The notes beneath the pieces were generated by a model. That model had not been told where the DNA came from, made no database searches, and saw only the letters and a program-made list of their open reading frames with translations. From an uncultured virus (IMG/VR IMGVR_UViG_3300028833_000062) (taxonomy: Duplodnaviria > Heunggongvirae > Uroviricota > Caudoviricetes): 64,000 nucleotides of DNA. The position numbers and the translations under genes are program-made. This document shows positions 20,492-31,201 of the stretch, one piece after another. Position 1 is the first letter of the stretch, and each line of letters begins with the position of its first letter. The stretch lies in IMG/VR virus record IMGVR_UViG_3300028833_000062; one strand, written 5' to 3'.

Positions 20492-23400
20492 ATGAAGACA
20501 CAATTAGGAAATACTACTAAATCTTTTGGTAAAGAATATAATATTTCTGTTTCTAATCTTGGAGGAGAAGGAGTATTATCAACATATTCATATCTTAGAG
20601 AAAATACTATTATAATTGATTCTAAGGTAGATTCTAATTTTGAAGATATTGGAAGTTATAGTATATTCATGACTGATTCTAATGGTAATCCTGTTAGATT
20701 AACATATACTATACAACCAGGTAATGGTCTTTATCCTGATCCAACTGATACAGATATTCTTAGAATGGTTATTGATGATTCATCTATCATGGCAAATGAT
20801 GGTGATGAAATTTATGTTAATAAACATAATATCATTGATAATGATACATTAACTGTAGATCCTACAGATGATGGTAATTCTAAAAGAGGTAGAATTCATG
20901 TAGTAACTCAAAATCTTGAAAAAGCAAGTGATGCAAGATATGGTGTAGTTACATCTGATCAGAATACAACATATATTCCATATGAATATTATAAAAATAT
21001 AAATTCTGACCCAGATGCTGAACCAGAATATCAGAAAATAGAATTAAATAATCCAGGAGATATTCCACAAGATTATGATTTATTAGTAGAAAGTGGTAAG
21101 ATAATGGTTAATACACAGAATCTTGATACTGTTGATGATAGTTCTAATCGTGATGGTATTGTAAAGCATAATTCAGAAACATTTAGAACTATTGAGGCAG
21201 TAGATGGTAAATTAACTGTTCTTACATATAATCTTGATAAAGCATCATATACAGATTATGGTGTTATTAAAACAGATGGTATTACAATTCAAGCTGATGA
21301 TAGTGGTGTTGTAAGTGTTTTAACTGATGGTCTTGAACATAGTAATAAATCAAAATTTGGTATTTCTAAAGGTGATGAAGTAACAATTAATTCTTTAGAT
21401 GGTGTATTAAGTGTAAATACTAGAAATTTAAGTTATGCTACATATACAGCGCCTGGTGTTGTTATTATTGATAAATATTCAATGTCAGTAAATGAAGGTA
21501 AGATTGAAGTAAATAGATATAATGAAATAGAATCTATACTTGATAGAAATAATCCAGAACATGATTTATTCCGTTCAGATATAGAAGATTTAAAAAACCG
21601 TGTTTCTAAACTTGAAACAGCTGCTCTTCAAGAAGTAATTGAATTCTTAATACCTGTTGGTGATCCTGAAACATCTCTTCCTCAACCTATATTTGATAGA
21701 GATACATGGACAGTAAATCATTATAGTGATAGAAAGACAATATCATTCAGTATTAAGACTAATTGTAAATTTAATGTAAATGTAGAATATAAAAATGGTA
21801 CTAATGATTATTCACAAGTTGAATTAATAAATGTAAGATATGGTGATGAAGATACTATTCCTGCTAACCAATTAGCTAATACAATATTTAATGCGACTGG
21901 TAATACAGTTAAGACTCTTTACTTTACATTTGTAGTAAGAAATTATGATAAAGACGATAATCTTGCAAGTATAAATACTCAGGCAATTATTTCTGCTGCT
22001 TCAATTAATGACTCTTCTATTAAACAAACACAATTCCATATCTTTAAGTGTTGGAATAATATTGCATTTACAGAAGATAAACCAGTAAAACCAGAAATAC
22101 CTGAACCAATAATTATTCCTGAATCATATTTACTTACACATGTTGGTACAGAAAAAATTTATGCATATAATTATGCATATAATTTTAAAGAAGTTGTTTT
22201 ATCATATAATAAAACAACATCAAATAATTTCTTCTTTACTACAACTATAGATGCTACATATTGTTATTGTACATATACAGATGGACAATATGTATGGGGT
22301 TATAAAACAGATGTACCAACTTATCAATGTCCAAAAATTGGAGGAAATTCAAGTTATGATATTAATATAAAATATCAAAATATTGATGAAGATGGTGGTG
22401 TTGTTGGTGGTCAAGTAGATTCTCTTGATTGGTTAAATACATATATTACTGCATCATATAATACTACAAGAGCATTTAATGTATTAACAGTATTTTCTAA
22501 AAAACCTTTGACAGAAAAATCAAGAGCTGCTTATATAACATGTTATTTGAATACTGTTGATTTAAATAATAGTACTGAATCAAATATTAAATTAAATACA
22601 AAATTTGGAGAAATAAAGAAATTTAATAATGCTACATTATCACATGTTAATTATACATATACATCAGAACAAGATCTATCACAAAAAAGTACTAATATTG
22701 AAAGTTTTAAGAATACAGTTTTAAATACTTTAAGTCAAAATATAACTGATGATTCATTATTATCATTAAAACGAACTAATATAAATAATGCTAAGAATAA
22801 TGTTACTAATTTAAATACAAGTAATACTTCATATTCTTCTGTATTCTCAAAAATTATTGAAAATGATATTACTGAATTTAATAATGTAAAAGCAGAATTA
22901 GATAATTATTATACAAATAATTTAAATAGTAAGACACCAGAAACATATCAAAAAGAAAAATATATTGCATATTATACTTATGTTAAAAAATTAGATAAAT
23001 ATGCATATAAATTAGCTGATGAATATAATAAATTTGTAGATATTTTATCAAACGAAAAGAATAAATTTGATAATAAATTTATTATAAATAATAATGAAGT
23101 ATTAATTAAAAATAATCCTAATAATTATAATAGTTATACTTATCTTACTTTATTCTATAGTGAAAAAATGGATTTAGTACAACCAATTATTAATGTAACA
23201 AGTTCTATTAATGCTAAAGATAATGGTATTAAATTTAGTGTTATAAGAAATGAAAAATCATTACTTAAAATAAATAATTATCCATTATTAATACAATATA
23301 ATTATATTAATAAATCTGGTAATTTAGTAAATTCAGATGGTACTAGTTTAAATCCTTCTAATAGATATGAAAAATATTTATTAAATATTCCTAAAGAATC

Positions 23401-24790
23401 TACAACATATACTAATGTATTACTTAATAATGTAATAAATGGTACTAATACAGAAACAACAACTGAAACTATTTATTATAATGTAATTAATATATATGGT
23501 GATAAATATGATTTAGCTTCATTTATTGGTATTGGTAGAAGTGATGGCGGAACAGTTTATTATGGTGGTTGGTGGCCAAATGTAGATGGTGAAGGAGGAA
23601 CAAATGGTAAACTTATAGAAGATAATATTTATGCTGTATATAAATTAACTGGACAAGAAGCTAGTTTTGGTTTATTCTCACAGAAATATTCATTCTGGAC
23701 AATAAATCTTAAAGGTAAATCATCTGGTTATTCACAAGATTTATGTCAAGCAAATGAAATTGAATTTGTTGGATTAAGTAAAACACCATATAGTAAATCA
23801 AGAAATGCTTCATATTATAATAAAGTAACTATTGGTAAAAATGTTTATATGGTTAATAGAACAACTAATAATACTACTAGCTTAAAAACTATTTCAAAGA
23901 ATTATTATGATAATAATAAAACATCATTAAAATATACAACAAATAATAAAACTATTAAAGTTTCTAATAATATAACAGGTATAAAGATTAAAAATGCTGT
24001 TATACCAAATTGGGATGATGTATTCTATTTACAACCTAAGATTACATATACATCAACTGGTTCTTGGGAATCTAAAGATGGTGATAAATCATTTAATGAT
24101 AATAAGAAATGTACATTTGGAAATGCTAAGATTGTATCTATAAATATATCAAGATGGGATGATTTCACAATGAATATTTCATTTAATGTTGTTGCTGGAG
24201 ATACAACTCATCTTCCAAATAATACACAGATTATAGAATATGTTGGATCATCATTTGGTAGAAGTAATATAATATTCTTGCAAGGAAGTAAGAGTTATGA
24301 ATATAGTCAATTCTATAATTCATTAAGTGTAAGTTGTACAAATTGGGTAAATAATACATGTACAGTAACATTTAAGTTATCTAATCCATATAGTTTAAAT
24401 AATACTCCAGGATTAGAGGTTAAAGAATATTTCTATAGTTTAACTTCAGATACATTAAAACCTGTTTATGTTGACAGAGAAATACCATTTAGCGGAAAGA
24501 ATAATAGAAATTATATTAAAGCTTCAGCTCCATTATTAGCAAATATAACAGGTATTAAATTCTGGGTTGGATTGAATACAACAAGTACATGTGTTGTTGA
24601 AAAACAATATATATCTTCATTATCATCAATTGGTACAGAAGTATTAATAAGTGGTAATTACAAGACAGGATGTGCTAAATCATTATCAATTGTAAATGCT
24701 AATACAACACAAAATACTAATATTTCTAATAAAAACTTTGGTAATAAAGAAAAGAATTTATCAAATACATTATTACCTGCTGAAAAATAA
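20492..24790 (+). CDS. long tail-fibre-like repeat protein, paralog 3 (candidate receptor-binding)
   Basis: Same N-domain and repeats, coiled coil, long unique C-terminal region. Confidence 0.65.
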   Translation: MKTQLGNTTKSFGKEYNISVSNLGGEGVLSTYSYLRENTIIIDSKVDSNFEDIGSYSIFMTDSNGNPVRLTYTIQPGNGLYPDPTDTDILRMVIDDSSIMANDGDEIYVNKHNIIDNDTLTVDPTDDGNSKRGRIHVVTQNLEKASDARYGVVTSDQNTTYIPYEYYKNINSDPDAEPEYQKIELNNPGDIPQDYDLLVESGKIMVNTQNLDTVDDSSNRDGIVKHNSETFRTIEAVDGKLTVLTYNLDKASYTDYGVIKTDGITIQADDSGVVSVLTDGLEHSNKSKFGISKGDEVTINSLDGVLSVNTRNLSYATYTAPGVVIIDKYSMSVNEGKIEVNRYNEIESILDRNNPEHDLFRSDIEDLKNRVSKLETAALQEVIEFLIPVGDPETSLPQPIFDRDTWTVNHYSDRKTISFSIKTNCKFNVNVEYKNGTNDYSQVELINVRYGDEDTIPANQLANTIFNATGNTVKTLYFTFVVRNYDKDDNLASINTQAIISAASINDSSIKQTQFHIFKCWNNIAFTEDKPVKPEIPEPIIIPESYLLTHVGTEKIYAYNYAYNFKEVVLSYNKTTSNNFFFTTTIDATYCYCTYTDGQYVWGYKTDVPTYQCPKIGGNSSYDINIKYQNIDEDGGVVGGQVDSLDWLNTYITASYNTTRAFNVLTVFSKKPLTEKSRAAYITCYLNTVDLNNSTESNIKLNTKFGEIKKFNNATLSHVNYTYTSEQDLSQKSTNIESFKNTVLNTLSQNITDDSLLSLKRTNINNAKNNVTNLNTSNTSYSSVFSKIIENDITEFNNVKAELDNYYTNNLNSKTPETYQKEKYIAYYTYVKKLDKYAYKLADEYNKFVDILSNEKNKFDNKFIINNNEVLIKNNPNNYNSYTYLTLFYSEKMDLVQPIINVTSSINAKDNGIKFSVIRNEKSLLKINNYPLLIQYNYINKSGNLVNSDGTSLNPSNRYEKYLLNIPKESTTYTNVLLNNVINGTNTETTTETIYYNVINIYGDKYDLASFIGIGRSDGGTVYYGGWWPNVDGEGGTNGKLIEDNIYAVYKLTGQEASFGLFSQKYSFWTINLKGKSSGYSQDLCQANEIEFVGLSKTPYSKSRNASYYNKVTIGKNVYMVNRTTNNTTSLKTISKNYYDNNKTSLKYTTNNKTIKVSNNITGIKIKNAVIPNWDDVFYLQPKITYTSTGSWESKDGDKSFNDNKKCTFGNAKIVSINISRWDDFTMNISFNVVAGDTTHLPNNTQIIEYVGSSFGRSNIIFLQGSKSYEYSQFYNSLSVSCTNWVNNTCTVTFKLSNPYSLNNTPGLEVKEYFYSLTSDTLKPVYVDREIPFSGKNNRNYIKASAPLLANITGIKFWVGLNTTSTCVVEKQYISSLSSIGTEVLISGNYKTGCAKSLSIVNANTTQNTNISNKNFGNKEKNLSNTLLPAEK

Positions 24791-24802
24791 TTTATTTAAT
24801 AA

Positions 24803-26260
24803 ATGTCTAAATTAGGTTATATTCAAAATTCCTATGGTAAGCAATTCAATATAGGTATTTCAAATACATATGCAACTAATATATTATCCGGAACTAATCT
24901 TCCAGGTAATATGTTAATTATATCTTCTCCTATAGATGAAGATAATAATGATATTGGATATTATTCAATATTAGTAACTGATTCTTATGGAAATCCTATA
25001 AGATTGACATATACTATTTCTCAGAATAATGGATTACAATATTCTAAAGATAAAGACTCATTAATATTGAATATTGATAATAATACTATTATTGAAAATA
25101 ATCATCAATTAACAGCAAATATTTCATATCTTATTGATAATAATACGATTAAATATGAAAACAATAAAATTGATATAAATATTGATAATCTTAATAAAGC
25201 AAATGATTATAAAAGAGGATTATTTAAGATTGATGATAATACAATAAAATCAGATAATGGAAAATTATATGTTGATACATCTAATTTAAAGTTTGTAAAT
25301 GAAAATACTTCTTATGGAATTTGTTTAGGAGATAATAATACAATTATATCAAATCAAGGTATATTATCAGTAAATACTAATAATTTAACAATTGCAAATG
25401 AAAATCAATTTGGTATTGTAAATGGATTAAGTGATAATATTAATGTAAATGATGGTGTTATAAGTGTTATTACTGATAATCTTGAAACATGTACAAAAGA
25501 TAGAAGTGGTATTGTATCTATAGATAATTCAACAATTATTTTAGATGATAAAAAACAATTAACAATAAATACTGAAAATCTTAATAAAGTATCAGTAAAT
25601 AATAGAGGAGTATTTAAATATGATGATAATGTTTTTGATATAATTGATGGTAAGTTAACTGTAAAAAATGTTAAAAATATTAAAGAAAATTTAAATAAAA
25701 TAAAAACAGATATTTCATTATTAAAAGAAAAAATATCTGAAATACATGATGATTTAAAAACATATAAAGTTGGTATTTTACAACCAATGATTTTAGATTT
25801 CCATTGCTGTGATATAACAACATTTGTTCTTGAAAAACCTAATTATTTAAATGAACAAATAAATGATATGGAATTCCAATATAAAAGTGTTGATTTTATA
25901 ATATCTACTAATTGTCCATTTATTATCAGTGTTAAATTTGAAAACAATATTGATCCACAAGTATCTCTTTATGAAATTAATTATGATAATAAGCATGTTT
26001 ATTATGGAACTAATGGATTAATTCAGATATATCAGACAACACAAGAGAAAAAAATACCAATTAAATTTACTTTTATAGCAAAGAATTATTATAAAAATAA
26101 TCAGAAAGAATCTACAAATGAAGTTAAAGTTAAGATTACAGTATCTTATTTAAATGATTCAACAATTAATAAATCAATATTATATTCTATTGTAAGATTT
26201 AATTCTGGTTATAATACTGAAATTGTTTATGATGAAAGCAATGTAGATAAATTAATATAA
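24803..26260 (+). CDS. tail-fibre-like repeat protein, paralog 4
   Basis: Colinear with paralog 1 including the C-terminal FxIxTxCxF domain. Confidence 0.65.
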   Translation: MSKLGYIQNSYGKQFNIGISNTYATNILSGTNLPGNMLIISSPIDEDNNDIGYYSILVTDSYGNPIRLTYTISQNNGLQYSKDKDSLILNIDNNTIIENNHQLTANISYLIDNNTIKYENNKIDINIDNLNKANDYKRGLFKIDDNTIKSDNGKLYVDTSNLKFVNENTSYGICLGDNNTIISNQGILSVNTNNLTIANENQFGIVNGLSDNINVNDGVISVITDNLETCTKDRSGIVSIDNSTIILDDKKQLTINTENLNKVSVNNRGVFKYDDNVFDIIDGKLTVKNVKNIKENLNKIKTDISLLKEKISEIHDDLKTYKVGILQPMILDFHCCDITTFVLEKPNYLNEQINDMEFQYKSVDFIISTNCPFIISVKFENNIDPQVSLYEINYDNKHVYYGTNGLIQIYQTTQEKKIPIKFTFIAKNYYKNNQKESTNEVKVKITVSYLNDSTINKSILYSIVRFNSGYNTEIVYDESNVDKLI

Positions 26261-26290
26261 AAAAATCACCGATTAATATCGGTGATTTTT
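26261..26290. terminator. bidirectional terminator
   Basis: AAAAATCACCGAT / ATCGGTGATTTTT between convergent operons. Confidence 0.85.
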
Positions 26291-26293
26291 ATT

Positions 26294-28507
26294 TTAGAAA
26301 CCAAGACCAGCTAAACTTCGTTTAAATGTTCCTTCAAGTAATTTTCCAACCCATGTATGACTTTTTATATCTGCACCTTCTGTGGCATAAATATTATTTG
26401 AATTCATCATTGCATTAGCATGCCAATCAAGAGTGAAAGAGTTAGATTTAGCTAATGAATAATCTAATTGTTTAGTTTCTATATTATTCTCTTTAAATTG
26501 ATTTGGTATAGGTTTATTTTTTGGAGATGCAGATCTTGCAGATGTTGCAGATCCTATATTATTCTTTTTTGTAAATAAACTTACATGTGCTAAATCTTCA
26601 TCAATTTCTTTATATTCAATATTAGTTTCATTAAATTCATTTAAATCAGACATATCTCTTGGTATTTCAAATTTCCATGGCATATCTTTATCATAAGTAG
26701 TTATATTACTTTCTTTAAATTGATTTTCAAATGCTAAAGATAATGGTATATCACTTAATGTAGTATTTAATGAACCATTTTTTATTCTATTTAATTTTTC
26801 TTCAAAATAATCAGTCAATGGTCCAAAATTATAATCATATAAATTACCATTGATACTTCCGTTTGATATTCTTTCTAATTTTTTACTAAAGTATTTAGAT
26901 TCTGGTCCAAAATTATAATCATATAAATTACCATTAATAGTACCTTTAGATAATCTTCTTAATTTTTCTTCAAGATAAGCAGTATTTACTTTTTTACCTC
27001 TTTTAATAAATGTAGCATAATTATAAGCATACATATTACCTTTAATAGTACCTAATTTTATTTCCAATAATTTATAATTTAAATAATCAGTATTTTGTCT
27101 ATGTTTTAGATTATATCCTGTTCTCATATAGTCATAATCATAAAGATTACCACCAATTGTACCTTCAGATAATCTTCTTAATTTTTCTTCAAAATATTTA
27201 GTATTTATTCTATCTTTACCTCTACCAGTTCTTATAAAATCATAATGATAAATATTACCTTTTTTAATTGTTCCTAATTTACTATATTTTAATTTTTCTT
27301 GGTAATATTTAGATTTTATCTTTGTATGGTTTTCATAAAGATTTTGATTAGAATTACCTCTTCTATCATGTGCTTCAATATAGTATGATTCATATGAGTC
27401 ATTTATATTTGCTGCTATAGATTCAAATCTACCATTATCATCAAATGTATATAAACCATCTTGTCCTACTATAATATGTTCATATTCATTTAATCTTGTT
27501 TCAAATACTTTATCATATTTTATTCTTATTTGATTATTACCAAGATTAAATAAATTTTCATTAGATGGTGAATCATTAAATTCGTTTAAACTATTTACAT
27601 CAAATTCACAGTTTTGGAAAGTAAATAATTTGAATGACATTATATCACTTGGATCAACATCAATATAATTTGTAGATTTATCATTATATTCTTTATTTTC
27701 ATTAGAAGTAAATTCTTGCTGATACTTTTTAAAAGGAACATGACAGAATAATATTTGCATTTCAAATTTTCTAAGATTAGCAGGTATTATTTCTTTATTT
27801 CTTATATTATCATAACAAGAATATTTATATAAATCAAATAATGTTCCTAATCTCATATCTATAGATTCTTCTGAACATTGTATTTCGATTGTATTATCAC
27901 TAAAATCTTCTGCATTGACATATGATCCTTTAATATTATTTAAACCATTTATTGATTTAAAAAACCAAGGATTATTAATAGATATATTAGATAGTGTATT
28001 TACAAATTTAAATAAAGAATTTTTTCTATTGCTTATTAATTGAGATTTATATAATCCCATATTTTCACATAAACTTAAATAAGCATAAGCAGTATTTGTT
28101 GATTTATTATGATTTAATATTCCACCTAATAAACCATAGTTAGTATCAAAATTAAAAAATATTTTAAAATAAAAATGTCCTTTAGTTACAAATGGATTTA
28201 ATTGTTTCTTCCATTTATCTATATCTTTAAAATAATCTGCGACAGAATAATTAGGAAAAAGATGTAATAAATTTACATCTTCATTATCTTTTGAAAGATT
28301 ATTTGATGGATTATTTAAAATTTCATTATATGTTTTAGCAGATAAATCAGCATTCAACATTAAATGTTCAACAATTAAATGCTCATCTTTATTTTTATTA
28401 TTTATAATATTTTTTAATCCTTTTGCTCCATTTACTGATAAATATATTGATTTTTCTATTAAATTATTATCTAGTAATGCTGGATCTATTCCTCTTTCAC
28501 CTGCCAT
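26294..28507 (-). CDS. putative tail/baseplate protein with C-terminal tandem repeats
   Basis: 737 aa in the baseplate operon; six YxxxKLxxxxxG[TS]I-GNxYxY units. Confidence 0.55.
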   Translation of the reverse strand: MAGERGIDPALLDNNLIEKSIYLSVNGAKGLKNIINNKNKDEHLIVEHLMLNADLSAKTYNEILNNPSNNLSKDNEDVNLLHLFPNYSVADYFKDIDKWKKQLNPFVTKGHFYFKIFFNFDTNYGLLGGILNHNKSTNTAYAYLSLCENMGLYKSQLISNRKNSLFKFVNTLSNISINNPWFFKSINGLNNIKGSYVNAEDFSDNTIEIQCSEESIDMRLGTLFDLYKYSCYDNIRNKEIIPANLRKFEMQILFCHVPFKKYQQEFTSNENKEYNDKSTNYIDVDPSDIMSFKLFTFQNCEFDVNSLNEFNDSPSNENLFNLGNNQIRIKYDKVFETRLNEYEHIIVGQDGLYTFDDNGRFESIAANINDSYESYYIEAHDRRGNSNQNLYENHTKIKSKYYQEKLKYSKLGTIKKGNIYHYDFIRTGRGKDRINTKYFEEKLRRLSEGTIGGNLYDYDYMRTGYNLKHRQNTDYLNYKLLEIKLGTIKGNMYAYNYATFIKRGKKVNTAYLEEKLRRLSKGTINGNLYDYNFGPESKYFSKKLERISNGSINGNLYDYNFGPLTDYFEEKLNRIKNGSLNTTLSDIPLSLAFENQFKESNITTYDKDMPWKFEIPRDMSDLNEFNETNIEYKEIDEDLAHVSLFTKKNNIGSATSARSASPKNKPIPNQFKENNIETKQLDYSLAKSNSFTLDWHANAMMNSNNIYATEGADIKSHTWVGKLLEGTFKRSLAGLGF

Positions 28508-28509
28508 AA

Positions 28510-29049
28510 TTATTCTCCATAAATTTTATTTTGTAATTTATATGAAAATGTATCTTTTAATAACATTTCATCACTGATTTTTGTATCACTATTAATATAT
28601 TCTAAAGTTTTATAAATTTCTAAACCAGTATTTTTATTTCTTAATTTTACTTTATCTTTAACATAATCTATATAAACAACTTCAAAACCTTCTGGAACAT
28701 TATATTCAGTTAAAAATTCTGGATTTATATTTTTAAATTTTTTAATATATTCATAATTATTCCAATATTTTGATAAATCAATAGTTTCTGTTTCAAATGG
28801 ATATTTTAAATTTCTAATAAATACTCTTGATGGTTTCCAATATTCAGTATTTTTTATTTCAGTAAAATCATGACTATGTATATATTCTTCATTATCATTA
28901 TTTTCTGATTTAAGATATTCATTTAATGCTTCACTATATAATTGTTTATGTACATCATTATATTTATCTGAAACATAATCAGTAAATTTTGTTTTTGAAG
29001 AATTATATTCTGCATTATTATATTTATTAATACTGTTAAAAATTGTCAT
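28510..29049 (-). CDS. hypothetical protein
   Basis: 179 aa in baseplate operon. Confidence 0.7.
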   Translation of the reverse strand: MTIFNSINKYNNAEYNSSKTKFTDYVSDKYNDVHKQLYSEALNEYLKSENNDNEEYIHSHDFTEIKNTEYWKPSRVFIRNLKYPFETETIDLSKYWNNYEYIKKFKNINPEFLTEYNVPEGFEVVYIDYVKDKVKLRNKNTGLEIYKTLEYINSDTKISDEMLLKDTFSYKLQNKIYGE

Positions 29050-29050
29050 A

Positions 29051-30619
29051 TTATTCGTTAATAGCTAAATTTACTTCTGTATATTTATTTAATATATTAT
29101 TAGTAATTCCTCGTTTAATTAAATATAAAACTTGTTCAAATTTTTGATTACCAGCATTATATATTAATTCTATACCATTTATATAATATAATCCACTTAA
29201 ACTTGGATTTGTTACTCCATTATATTCATCTGATATTAACTCTTTTTCTTTTGCATTTTTTGCAACTATCTCTGTTTTTTCATCTTTTTTAAATGATAAA
29301 GCATTATTACCATTATTTAATATTGTTTGCTTATTAGTTTCATTATATTCATCAATGATAACTTCTAAAAGCATTCCTCTTTGAAGACTATAGTTAGCAT
29401 TAGTTAATTTAACTTTTAAAATTTTACTAGTTAATTTATTAATATAATTATTTTTTAATTTTTCTAGATATAATTCACATGGACCATCTTCATTTTGATT
29501 TGTACCTAAAAATTCAATATTTTCATATTGATATTCTTCAATACCATGTAAACCATCAATAGAATTTTCAAATATCTGTACTTGTTCTTGTTTTATTAAA
29601 TTTTGTTCACATGATGAATCAAGATAATAATATCTAGTTAATGTTCCATTATTTAATATATTTTCATTATTTACTTGGCTGAAATATTCAGTAATCTGTA
29701 AATTATGAGTTGATGGAGTATTCTTTATGTTTGTAATTATTCTATATACTTCTGAAACATTTTGACCAGGTATTTTTGTCTTTGGTAAATCAGTAATAAC
29801 ATCACCAGTTATAACTTTAGTTGTCAACTGTTTTACTTCAACTGGAGTATTCATTATATATGGAATATTTACCATTACAAGATATCCAAATTCATCAATC
29901 CAACAATCAAATATACTATCTTCATCTAAACCAGCATGTGATATTTCTTGAAGAATATAGTCTTTATATGTTTCTGAATATATCTGTCTCCATTTTTTAT
30001 CAGATATTTCTTTACATTTATCAGATGCTGCAAAACCAAGTTTACAATCTTTAGCAATAGCTTCTAACATTTCATATGTTGATAATTGAGTATCACCAAT
30101 TTGTGTACATTTTTTCTGTTTTAATCCATTACATTTATATTCACCATAATAAGTAATTGTATCATCTTCATTAAATTCACAATTTGTGATATAAAAATCC
30201 ATTGATATTTTCTTATTAGCACCATCAACTGGAGCTGTCATGATAATTGTTATTACATTATTCATTCCAGGAACATCAGTTGCTTGAATGTTTTTTTGTG
30301 GATCATCAATATTAATAACAATAGTAGGTAAAAAATCTTGTATATAAATACTTAATGAATATACCTTATCAGGCATTATTATTTTATTATTTATCTTAAG
30401 AATTGGAACTAATACACCATTTACTTTTAATGTACTTGTTGTATCTTTATTTTCTCCATATTCTGATTCTTCATCATAATTATATGGCATTACAATAGAA
30501 CTAAACTTAAATTCTGGGTCAAATACAACAATAGGATCTAATGGATTTTTTGGTTCAATAAATTCTATTGAATCATTAGAAGAATTACTATTTGGATTTA
30601 TATTTGTATTTTCTGCCAT
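29051..30619 (-). CDS. putative baseplate hub / tail protein (gp27/GpD-like)
   Basis: LEAIAKDCKLGF, WIDEFGYL, LSGLYYINGIEL pattern; adjacent to gp53-like gene. Confidence 0.5.
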   Translation of the reverse strand: MAENTNINPNSNSSNDSIEFIEPKNPLDPIVVFDPEFKFSSIVMPYNYDEESEYGENKDTTSTLKVNGVLVPILKINNKIIMPDKVYSLSIYIQDFLPTIVINIDDPQKNIQATDVPGMNNVITIIMTAPVDGANKKISMDFYITNCEFNEDDTITYYGEYKCNGLKQKKCTQIGDTQLSTYEMLEAIAKDCKLGFAASDKCKEISDKKWRQIYSETYKDYILQEISHAGLDEDSIFDCWIDEFGYLVMVNIPYIMNTPVEVKQLTTKVITGDVITDLPKTKIPGQNVSEVYRIITNIKNTPSTHNLQITEYFSQVNNENILNNGTLTRYYYLDSSCEQNLIKQEQVQIFENSIDGLHGIEEYQYENIEFLGTNQNEDGPCELYLEKLKNNYINKLTSKILKVKLTNANYSLQRGMLLEVIIDEYNETNKQTILNNGNNALSFKKDEKTEIVAKNAKEKELISDEYNGVTNPSLSGLYYINGIELIYNAGNQKFEQVLYLIKRGITNNILNKYTEVNLAINE

Positions 30620-30620
30620 T

Positions 30621-31115
30621 TTAATATATTACAAGTCCTAAATTTTTATCTATATAATAATTTTTATCTTCTATAGTTTGATCTCCTGGAGAACGTCTTT
30701 CATTCTTTAATTTTTGTAAATTCTTTCTTGTCTTTGATATTGTTTCTTCTACTTTATTCTTTTTTGTTTTTGATTTATATTCATCTAATAAATCATTTTC
30801 AAATGAAGAACCAGTTAATGCTTTATTTATAGAATCAATATCTGGAACATATATAATCATTCCTTTATTTAATTCAAATGGATTAGATATACCATTTATT
30901 TTACAAATAACATCTGCATATTTATCATCACCATAAACTGCTAATGATATTAAATCTGGTCGAGCAATATAGTTTTCATCAACAAATATAGCTCTTGTAT
31001 TATTTAAATTAATATTATTAAATGTATTAACTGTTAAATCTAAAAACTTTGTAGGTTTATTATCTTTATATATAGTTAATACTGGTTTTTGTTCTAATAT
31101 AGGATAATCTAACAT
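30621..31115 (-). CDS. baseplate wedge protein, T4 gp53/LysM-like
   Basis: ARPDLISLAVYGDDKYADVICKINGISNPFEL..GMIIYVP; start moved to ATG at 31115, 23 nt below TATTTTTA. Confidence 0.8.
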   Translation of the reverse strand: MLDYPILEQKPVLTIYKDNKPTKFLDLTVNTFNNINLNNTRAIFVDENYIARPDLISLAVYGDDKYADVICKINGISNPFELNKGMIIYVPDIDSINKALTGSSFENDLLDEYKSKTKKNKVEETISKTRKNLQKLKNERRSPGDQTIEDKNYYIDKNLGLVIY

Positions 31116-31147
31116 TATCAAATAAATATCTTTATATATAAAAATAA

Positions 31148-31178
31148 AAATGATTGACAAATATTATGTCAATCATTT
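31148..31178 (-). terminator. intrinsic terminator
   Basis: AAATGATTGACA / TGTCAATCATTT stem. Confidence 0.7.
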
Positions 31179-31201
31179 AAATATTTTAGTATTTTTAGAT
31201 G

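Noticed and set aside
12238..26260. Diversity-generating retroelement or invertible shufflon acting on fibre genes
   Set aside because: No reverse transcriptase or recombinase, no adenine-specific TR/VR pair and no inverted crossover sites seen in the window
31116..31160. Track start at 31160 for the gp53-like gene
   Set aside because: The extension overlaps the terminator and the TATTTTTA motif; ATG at 31115 fits better
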